64,000 nucleotides of DNA from Epiperipatus broadwayi (taxonomy: Eukaryota; Animalia; Onychophora), in NCBI GenBank assembly GCA_028023455.1, contig JAQFVV010000003.1:23808001-23872000 (forward strand). The letters run 5' to 3'. The translations under genes and the position numbers were made by a program. Positions 54,731 to 64,000 of the stretch are shown here, one piece after another. Positions within the stretch are counted from its first letter, which is position 1; each line of letters begins with the position of its first letter. The notes beneath the pieces are model-generated. The model was not told where the DNA came from. It saw only the letters and a program-made list of their open reading frames with translations, and ran no database searches.

Positions 54731-54840
54731 CTTTTTCTTTTTTCAATGTGTCATAGCATCGGCTGGGAAGTGAACCCAATAACCCAGGACAACTGCTTGT
54801 AAGGCAGCTGTGCTGACCACTCAATCACCAAAGCTTGTCT
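54731..54840 (-). mobile_element. tRNA-Gly-derived SINE copy
   Basis: Minus: gctttggtgattgagtggtcagcacagctgccttacaagcagttgtcctgggttattgggttcacttcccagccgatgctatgacac + A-rich tail. Confidence 0.85.
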
Positions 54841-55836
54841 ACTTACCTTAGTTATGCTTCATTTTCAGAAAAAGTATGAAAAATAATTAATCATACATTT
54901 TAAAAACTTATATATAGTTAAATAATAATAGGGAAAATTTACCCATTTATAATAAACTTTACTAAATTAAAGATTGATTTAATTTGACAAACATAAATGA
55001 AGTTATTAACTATTTGCTTTATAAATAATTGTAACTGTATGTGTTAAATATTATTGATTTTAATGATCTTGAATATATGTAATTAAACTATATATATATA
55101 TTTCAGATGTATATATTTTATTATTATACAAAGTCTTAATTAAAACATAAATATTTAATCTGAATTATTGTTACTAACATTTGTATTACTTTATTTAATT
55201 AGTAGTAACTTTAATAAATTACTTCAATAAATAAAAAATAATCAGATAGTTTGTCACTTCTGAGGTCAAGCAACATTAGTTCTGGGATCACCATTTCATC
55301 ACTAAAGTAACTCATATTGATCTAATAAATTATTTATTATTATTGTTTCTTATTCTTTTTCCATTTTCTTTTACTTGACTATTTTTAATTACTTTGATTA
55401 ATATAGAGTCTGATCACTGATATAAGATTAGATTTTGGTACCGATGGAATGGAAAGATTAATCATTTATTTTATCCAGTTGTCTCTCCAATATTTACATT
55501 TTCAAAATCTTTGATTTTACATAACTTAAAACAAAGAAATAGATAAATAAGTTTAAAATTCGTAAGATTTTCATCAAGTTATATCTGGGATGCAGTCTGC
55601 TAAAGCACAAAGAATTTATAAAATTTCAGTAGAAATGTTGAAACTATGAAGGAAAATGTTTTTCTGAAAGTTTGTGATGATAGGATTTTACTTATATTTA
55701 TATATTGGACTATTTCCATCATTTAATATAAATGTTGAATGTCTTTATTTAAATATTCCACAAAAGTTAGTATATGAACAATGTTTTAAGAGGTATTATT
55801 CTCTCTCTTCTTTGGGTGTTGGCCTGACCAGTATCA

Positions 55837-55923
55837 GTCCTAGCATGGGAATTGAACCTGGACCCTTAGATTCTTGAATATTAAATTTTAAGGTAATACT
55901 CTAACCAATCAAGCCATCCCGAC
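55837..55923 (-). other. tRNA-Lys(UUU)-like cassette inside the PLE terminal repeat (second, partly deleted copy ~59360-59420, +)
   Basis: gtcgggatggcttgattggttagag...aatctaagggtccaggttcaattccc vs tRNA-Lys AATCTGAGGGTCCAGGGTTCAAGTCCC; A-box tggctcagttgattaga in the + copy; enlarged anticodon region, so not a functional tRNA. Confidence 0.65.
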
Positions 55924-56371
55924 AAAGACAACAATCAGTAGAAATTTCATATACTTATCTATGAGGTTCCTCTTGATTTCTCCACTTTTTCCTAAGAGCA
56001 AAATTGGTTAGTGATTTCCATATATTGGTTGACTTATTAGGTTGTTTGTGTTTTTGCAATCACTTTTTAATGGGATGACTGGTGTCACTAATATACATTC
56101 TTCCACATTCACATGGTATTTCATAGATGCAGTTTTTGCTTTTCAGCATTTCAAATTTAAGTTTGTAGATGTTATAATTCCTTATAGTGTCATATGGTTC
56201 TGGAAAGCTGTTTTGATGTTATATTAATTGCAGATTTTTCTTAAATTTGTCTGCAATTTTTGGTAGATATGGATACAATACACTACTGTACCAATGATTG
56301 TGTTTTCTTTGGGTGGTTATTTTTATCTATTTAAAGTTTTCTTAGTAACAGCTGATGAATAACCATTTTCA

Positions 56372-56831
56372 CAAGGGGTGGGCAAATAGCGGCCCAATGT
56401 GGCCTGCCAAGACAATCAGAAAAATCCACCTTGAACTGAGATTTCCTTCCTGTGCATGACCGAAGATTCCTCTTGTATTTTCCACTAGGATGGCCATGAC
56501 AATACACATGTGCAGTGTAGATACAATGTGCAATGCTTTTCCAGTTGATCTGATTAATTTCAACTTTGTCTTTGCATTAGCAAATATATACATTTCCAAC
56601 ATTAGTGAAACCATGAATCCTCCAAAAAATGTAGAATCGGTGATGAATGTCATGTGTTTAATGAAGAATGGACAAATATTTTTTTGCTAATACAGGGAAT
56701 AAAGCAGTGTGTTTATTGTGTCATGAAAAAAAGGTGCTGCCCTCCATTAACCTTCGCTTTCACTAAGTGGCCCCCGATGCAGCCCTCTGCCAACCTCTGT
56801 GGCCCTGGACCAAAACAATTGCCCACCCCTG
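56372..56831. mobile_element. hAT MITE inserted in the inverted PLE arm
   Basis: TIRs caaggggtgggcaaa / aattgcccacccctg; 8-bp TSD not evident. Confidence 0.75.
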
Positions 56832-57236
56832 TTCTACATAGATCTTTGCTTTTTTCAAATTGTTTGTTTCTGAACAAATTCTTTTTCTCTATTCCATGGT
56901 GATGGTATAACCCCATATTTTGTGTTTCTGGTATGATCGGATGTATATGCTGAGTATTTCCCTGCATGTGTGAGTTTTCTATAAATTGTAGTTTTGATTT
57001 TTCCATGAGGGAGTCTTGTCACAAGAACATCTCAGAATTACAAATTTTGTTTTTGTTCTGATTCTATTGTGAATTTAATTGAAGGGGATAAGTTGATATG
57101 TTTCCAGAAAGTTTGTAATAGTGGCCCACTATGTTACTATACAACAAGGGTATCATAAAACAAAGAAGCCAAAGTTTAGGTGGATAGGAAAAAGACTATA
57201 AAAAATAGTTGACATGTTGGATTTCTTTTTCATGAT

Positions 57237-57372
57237 TATAGTCATAAAAAAATCAAGTTTTAAAAAGGAGTTAGTTTGTTTTATTTCTATATTAGATATA
57301 TATGAACTATTTTGAAAAGAAGAACTGTGTGCTGGATATATTAAATTATTTGAAATAGTTCTTATGACTATA
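57237..57372. mobile_element. ~135-bp MITE, probable TA TSD
   Basis: tgattatagtcataa (57233-57247) and ttatgactataatca (57362-57376) are exact reverse complements; absent from the + PLE copy. Confidence 0.65.
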
Positions 57373-57419
57373 ATCAGGGGTGACAATAATGAGCCCATAG
57401 CCATTTCTTGATTTTTTTG

Positions 57420-59260
57420 GAAGAATTCACCAAAAAAAAACAACAACTTGCAAACCTACATGGGTTTATCAAAAATCATAAGGCACCAATCAGTGTACCA
57501 GCTTCATCTGTTAAAAATCTCAGTTCTAAACATTTAACAGATACTGAATTTTTTTTTCTTGAAAAAGGATTAAACTTTGTCATAACACAATCTAATATCC
57601 CTTTATTGGATATAATGGCAGCCAGTGAGAAAATTAATCAAAAATTGCCTTTAGAAGAAGTAGTAGAATTATGCTGGAGTAGAAAAAGACACTTGACAAG
57701 CAACAAAAATTGAAATTAAACATATTCTACGATGAGAGGATAGCAATTAAATCTCTCAAAGCAGATAAGTCAATTATTATTCTCTCTTATGACAAAGTTA
57801 ATGCAACAGTTGTAATGGGTATGACTGAATATGACAATAAATTACAGGAACTCACAGCATGCCCAATACAGAAAAGTGTTAAAAATCCAATACTGACTAC
57901 AGAAATGAAGTTACAAGCATTATTCAGAAAGCATCACAGGTACTTCAGTGATTCAGAAAAAATTAAATTAACACCATATTTAAGCAAAATTCCTCTTCTT
58001 TACAGTCTGCCTAAAATCCATGAAGTTCATAGGTCATTAAGATCTAATGTTAGTTTTAGAAATTCACTTTGCCAACATTTGCCAAGATTTCTTCTCAATC
58101 TTCTTAGTTCTTTGGGATACAAGACCCATTCCTTTGTCAGAGATTCTAGATACTTTGTAGATTTAATCCAAGAACATGAAAATCAAGAACATGAAAATTG
58201 AAAGAACTGACATACTAGTAAGCTTGATGTGGAAAGTTTATTCACAAATTTACAACATGAAGAAGAATTGTCTATTGTAAGGGAAAGATTAAATGATGAT
58301 AATAGCTTACAAACCAAAACAATTCTTCCTATAGATAGTATAATGGAACTATTAACATTCTGTATAACAATCTACTTTCAATACAACCCAGAACCAACAA
58401 AATCAAAGTGGTTATGGCACACCATTGTCATCCCTGATTAGCAATATTACATGGAAGAACTTGAAACCATAGCCATAAGAACTACTTCATATCCACCTAA
58501 AGTTTGGCTTCTCTATATTGATACAGCCATATGGTGGAGCATTACTACAACATAAATTACAAGAACATAAATTTCACAATAGAATCAGAGCAAGATCAAA
58601 ACTGCAGTTTACAGATAACTCACACATACAGGGAAATACTTAGCATATACATTCAATCACACCAGAACACAAAACACACCAGAACACAAAACATGGAGTT
58701 ATACCATCACTATGAACAGAACAAAATAAGTTTTTTCCAGAAACAAGTGATTTGGAAAAAAAAGATGTATATGGAACAAACTCTTAGAAAAATGGTTATT
58801 CATCGGCTGTTACTAAGAAAACCTTAAGAACCATCAAAAGAAAAAACAATTATTGGTACAGTAGTGTATCCATACCTACCAAAAAATAGCAGATAAATTA
58901 AGAAAAATCTGCAATCAATATAACATCAGAACAGCTTTCCAGAACCATACCACATTATGAGTAATTCTGCCATCTACAAAGCCTAAACCTGAAATGCTGG
59001 AAAGCAAAAACTGTATCTATGAATTACCATGTGAATGTGGGACATATATTGATGAGACCAGTCATCCCATTGAAAAGTGATTGCAAAACCCAAACTGGTG
59101 ATTAGAAGAGAGAAAACACATGTCTAAGATAGCAGACCATGTGGGTACCAATGAACATATGTTCAATTGGGAAAATACAAAAATATTGATTAAAGAAGAA
59201 AAGGTACAAAAAAGGAAATTTAAAGAAGGTGCTCACAAGATAATGACATAATATCATAAG
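57420..59260 (+). pseudogene. Penelope RT + GIY-YIG endonuclease ORF, frameshifted
   Basis: VKNLSSKHLT...LEKGLNF; IILSYDKVNATVVM; LYSLPKIH; LDVESLFTN; GTPLSSLISNI; NCIYELPCECGTYIDET; FNWENTKILIKEEKVQKRKFKEG. Confidence 0.92.
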
Positions 59261-59439
59261 TCAAACTAGTGTAACTATACATAATGTATGGAAATGACTA
59301 ATCAACTTGGCTCATAGAAAAAAGTGGAGAAATCAAGAGAAACTGACTGTTGTCTTTGGCAGTATGGCTCAGTTGATTAGAATATTACCATAAAATTAAT
59401 GAATCTAAGAGTCCAGGTTGTCATTGATCAGGCCAGCAA

Positions 59440-59480
59440 CACCTGAAGAAGGGGAAATAATATTTCTTGAAATGTTGTGC
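59440..59480 (+). ncRNA. Penelope terminal-repeat hammerhead (variant C); degenerate mirror copy at 55776-55818 (-)
   Basis: cac CTGAAGA aggggaaata atatttctt GAAA tgtt gtgc; consistent with GAAACGTC|GTG after CpG decay. Confidence 0.75.
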
Positions 59481-59789
59481 ATATACTAACCTGCATGCTA
59501 TTACTAATAGTTTAACGTACTTGGAATATTTAAATAAAGTTAAATTTTTCTAAAGACATTCATTACTTTAATTAGATGATTGAAATAGTCCAATATATAA
59601 TTACAACTATGAAGAAAAATGTTTAAAATAATGGTATGTAATATAATTTACAACTAAGGAGAATAACTAGATTTACTTATAATTTATGACTTTTTAAGAA
59701 AGAGGCTCAATGCAATAAAATGTGAAAATGGAAGCAGGGCAAGCCTTAATAATCATTGGATGCAAGAAAGTTTGTGAATAAAATCGCTA

Positions 59790-59870
59790 TTCATCCAGTA
59801 TCTCCAGACTAGTTTTTAGCTTGTGGCTTTCATCAATAAAGAGCCTTGGATATAAAAGCACTGCACATAG
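59790..59870 (-). mobile_element. Second, partial copy of hammerhead family B
   Basis: tcatcca.tatctccagacta.ttt..gcttgtggc.ttcatca aligns with 10939-11010. Confidence 0.75.
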
Positions 59871-62800
59871 ATAGCAACATTTTGAAATTATGTTTATTCT
59901 TACATGAAGCTAAGATGATGATGAGAAAAAAAATAAAATAAAAATATTAGGAAAGCCATTGGAGTGTTAAGGATTGTTAATAAGGGATATAAAAAAAAAG
60001 GAAAATATTATTGTATAATTTATTTGCCTTTAAAAAGAATTGAGTAAAATGAACTAAATTATTTTGTTCAATAGTTTGAAGAAAAATAATATAAATTGGG
60101 AGGAGAGATGAATTTTAGGAAATATCTATATGAGTTACAAAATATGTGTATGATTAAATAATTTTTCACAAACAAAAAAAAGGTCAGTGCTAGAACCTTT
60201 GTCTGCCATTTCCTGACCAGAGATCAAGTCTGGCTTGATAAAATGTGTTACAAAATATGTGTATGATTAAACATTTTTTCAAAATAGACAGTGGGTGATA
60301 TCTGCCATTACCATGATCAGGATTTGAATCTGGACTTGGTAAAACTTGAAAAAATTTCAAGTTCCAATGAAACTTAGGAATCATCTCATAGCCAAACTAA
60401 CTAATCATCTAATATCATTTGTAAGTCATTAGGCAATCATCCATACAAATTCACTGTACAAAATTATATTGTTTTGAGAAATACTCTCTTTTTCTAAACA
60501 CAGAATTGGAAAGTCTTAAAAAGATAAGATGAATCACCTTTTCTCTTTTACCTAAATGCCTATGTATAGGCAAATATCATTTAAAAATGAGAATGTGAAC
60601 GTTTTAATTAATCACTTTCAATCCCATTAATTAATATATTAATAAATTCCATTTGCAAACTGATTGCCAGTATTAGATGTAATATTGTATATATGTAAAT
60701 AACTGTATAAATATCTAATATCATTTGGTAAATGGATATCTAAATATTCTTAGCTAGAGATTAAGCAAGCATGAAAAAGCATTTCAATTAAGTGACAATC
60801 TTGTTTTACCTTAATTTATCTAAAACAATAAATTTTAAATCACTAATTTATATAATATTTATTAAGGTGAATTGCTAAATAAATATCACAATAAAGATGG
60901 GTTGATAATTAGTGTTTTTTATTGGTAGAATCAGAAATTAAAAAATTAAAGTTATGAATCTCAGGATGAAATATACATTTTTGGCAGGAATATTCATTAG
61001 TGTAATTATGCTACCAATGTGGCATTACACGTTAAGAAAATATTTAACAATTTGTTGAACATTTGGAGAAAACAAATCCTCAGTCTAAATGCAATGACTG
61101 TAATGGAAGTAATACAAAATATTCACATAATGATTGTGGACATTTTAGAACAGATTAATGCCTTTTATGTATTTAAGTAGTTGGTTATGTGTGATGGAAA
61201 AGTAACACAGATCTTAAGTAAGAATTGCAGTGGCTGAACAAATCTTTATTAAGAATGGGAGGTTCTTTTGATTCATTAAAATGCAGATTTAAGAAAAAAT
61301 ATTTCTCCCCAACAATGATGTGACTTGTATCAGTTAGTTAATAATAATTAAATACCCATTTTCTGATCAATATTAGATAGTTATGTGGAAATATATATAA
61401 AAAAGATTTTTGAGAAAATTATAAAGCGGAATTGAACTGGGCTTGTATTTTGAGGCATCAGACATGAATATGTAGGAAAAATATTGCACAGTAAGAAGAA
61501 AGAGAAGAAATAAGCTGATTGTGATTCTCAAGGAGGAAAGTATATATATACTTATGAGTCAAGTAAGAGGCATTTAGTGAAAGTGGGTGTATTTTGATGT
61601 GTGAGATCTGAAGTATGATGATGTGTTTAATATATATTTAGAAGTATTTTTAGATTTTAAATAATATTGTATAAACTTGATCAAATAAAAAACTATTAGC
61701 ACTGTCACATGACTTTCTTATATGCTTGCTTATATGCTTCCAAAAATAGTCCCACCCCCCTACCTTGACTCTAACCTACTGTTAACTTGAGAAATCAATG
61801 AAATAATAAGATATAAGACCAATTGATTTTTGACTTTTATCTTTGGCAGTGAGAATTAGGCTTCAAAATAGAAATAATTCACTTACATATTTAACAGCAG
61901 TCTTTTAGTCTTTTCTACTATAATTTAAAAAACTCCATTGTGTCTATAAACCTTAATTTATAATAACTGTAATTAGAGCTTGAGTGGTATAAAAAAGTAA
62001 AAGGTGGTTTTTAGATGCATAAATACATTAGTTTTAATTTTGAATGCTAGTTCTCACTTGATGAAAGCAAAAGTCTGAACTGGTTTGGGAATGGGGATTT
62101 TGTAGCATTGTATTGTTTGTGCACAGGAAATTTATTTGCCTTTGTAAACATCATTATAGAATATATGCTGTTAGATAGCTGTTTGAGCAAATTTTTACTT
62201 AAAACTAATATGTAAGACAAAAACTAATAAATACTGTCAGTCTTTTACTCTAATATCTGTAATTTTTAATACAATTTCTCTTGGAAGTTATTTTGTAATT
62301 TCATTTTTAAGAATAGAGGTCTTTATATGAGAAATAAATCTAAATTGGATCTCAGAGTCACTATAGAAAGGTCTGACAGTCATATCAAATTACAATAATT
62401 CTTTTTGTTTTTTTCCAGTCAGTTTTCAACTCTCTACTGATTATCATAAGTCAGTTGGATGAATCTTTATTTTTTTGATAATAAAAATTACGTAGTTATT
62501 TATTAACTGATTATGAATTGTTATTGGGGTATTCTAAGCTTGTGATGTAATTTGGAAAAAAATGTTAAAATTTCAATCAGAATGTACTCAAATCCAGATT
62601 GTAGACATAATATTCAAATACATTAGAAACTATATGCCACATGGAACAGCATATTGCTATGTTTATAATCAAGACTGAGATTAAATAAAAAAAATATATT
62701 TTAAGCTAGATTTGATTAGTTTGATGAAATCCAATCATATAATTATTTAATTACATTTTATATCTAAAACTTTAGTCCTACCCAATTTAGTGCATTGATA

Positions 62801-63035
62801 GAGTGGTAGACTTGAGCTGAAAGTTCTAGCATCATTTGAACTGATTAACAATTAAAAACAATAACTTGTATTGTCCTGTTAGAGTAGAACTTTTAAATGC
62901 TTTTTGCCATTAGAGAGTTGACACATCAAACGACTTTCTTAGCAATTTATCATACAATTATTTATTTTATTAGATTAAAGTTTTATGTAATACTATTTAT
63001 TATTGTTATTAATATTTACTTTTTTTTTCTTTCAG

Positions 63036-63107
63036 AGATCTAAGGTTTAATGCTATTCGAGATATTGTACCTAATTCTTTCAAAGATCTCAGGCATCTTA
63101 ATACTCT
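63036..63107 (+). CDS. Pxn: Peroxidasin, first LRR exon (DLRFNAIRDIVPNSFKDLRHLNTL)
   Basis: ttttttttctttcag|...|gtaagt, 72 bp, phase 2-2; matches the peroxidasin hallmark [24 protein letters not shown]. Preceding coding exon not found in the window. Confidence 0.88.
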
Positions 63108-64000
63108 GTAAGTATGTAATCTAATTTTTTTTGTTAGTCTGAAAAGTAATTTTAATCAACCATAAACTAATTTTAAATTATAGATTAATTCATATGAAAT
63201 AAATTTATAGTGACAGATGCTTATAGGATTAAATGTGTCTCTCAGATAAACAAGTTTGTTTATAGTTCTACAGAAAGCCCAGGACTTAATTTGTCACCAT
63301 AAATCTTTGAGATCAGCAGTAGATTTACTCAGTTATGAATTCCTAAAGGTCTTTTTGCCTCTTATTAAATTAAAGAATGAACAAAAAAAAAAAAAAAAAC
63401 AATTAAATATACAAGAATGCAGATTTAGAATTGAAAAAATTTAGAAATACCTCAAGTATTAATATCCTACATACATATAAATTATCTTTAAGTTTCTAAA
63501 ATCAATTAAAACTGTCCTGTTTAATCACAAGTTTACATTAAAGCTGAAAAATTTAAAATTAATTTGATTGTGTTCTATTCAAATCAAAGTAATAGTAATA
63601 CTGTTATATATATATATTTAATAAAAATTAAATGTACAAATACTTTGGGAATCAAGATGTAACTATTTTTAGAATTAATGTATAATATTTTGTTTAAATC
63701 ACATGTTCTTATTAAATTAGTGTCTAGGCCTGATCGCTCCTCAGACCGGTGTTTTAACAGCTATTGACTGTCTGAAAGTAATAGTAAGGCGCATATGGAA
63801 GAATAGCAACCTTCCAGTCATTACTAATTAATGTATAAATAAATATAAATCTCATAGTTAATAACTGTGAATCTAGGGCCATAGTGGCAGAATTCAAATA
63901 CTTTAAGTAAAGTGGTCACTGATTGAAATCTCTATATGTTCCACTATGATATTTTATTAATAGTTAAGTTGCCTACAAAAAAATCCATATGCTAAATAAA

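Larger units (their letters stand above)
55662..59604. mobile_element. Penelope-like element, head-to-head: inverted 5'-truncated copy (~55690-57420, -) joined to a longer copy (~57420-59600, +); 20-bp TSD
   Basis: Both arms end in the same tRNA-like + hammerhead + tail sequence; TSD aactatgaag(g/a)aaaatgttt at 55642-55661 and 59605-59624. Confidence 0.9.

Noticed and set aside
60966-61058. Signal-peptide-like ORF MKYTFLAGIFISVIMLPMW as peroxidasin start
   Set aside because: Stops after 30 codons, only a weak donor, lacks LRRNT cysteines.
62080-62211. Phase-2 open segment ending at|gtaaga before the peroxidasin exon
   Set aside because: No ATG or recognisable Pxn sequence.
186-63444. Most of the supplied 60-100 aa ORFs as genes
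   Set aside because: Low-complexity AT-rich chance ORFs or pieces/antisense of the decayed transposons listed.
63720-63765. Hammerhead on minus strand (CTGAGGA gcgatcaggcc)
   Set aside because: No GAAA and no stem I partner.

Overview
AT-rich, CpG-depleted animal genomic DNA (probably invertebrate; species not identifiable from sequence), mostly intronic/intergenic and dense in old transposons. The only confidently recognisable host coding exon is a 72-bp LRR exon of peroxidasin (63036-63107, +). Decayed CR1, L1/Tx1, RTE and hAT elements and a very short tRNA-Gly SINE family are present. The striking pattern is a set of Penelope-like-element (PLE) type insertions. A decayed autonomous Penelope (RT + GIY-YIG) sits head-to-head with an inverted partial copy inside a 20-bp TSD. 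At least four unrelated short non-coding families mostly share its fold-back architecture and 12-14-bp TSDs, some as 348-467-nt tandem monomers. About a dozen minimal type-I hammerhead ribozyme motifs with palindromic stem III, in six sequence variants, occur in these elements. One family with the same architecture has no recognisable hammerhead, and the Penelope terminal repeat carries a tRNA-Lys-like cassette next to its hammerhead. All analysis was by eye; no searches or folding were run.
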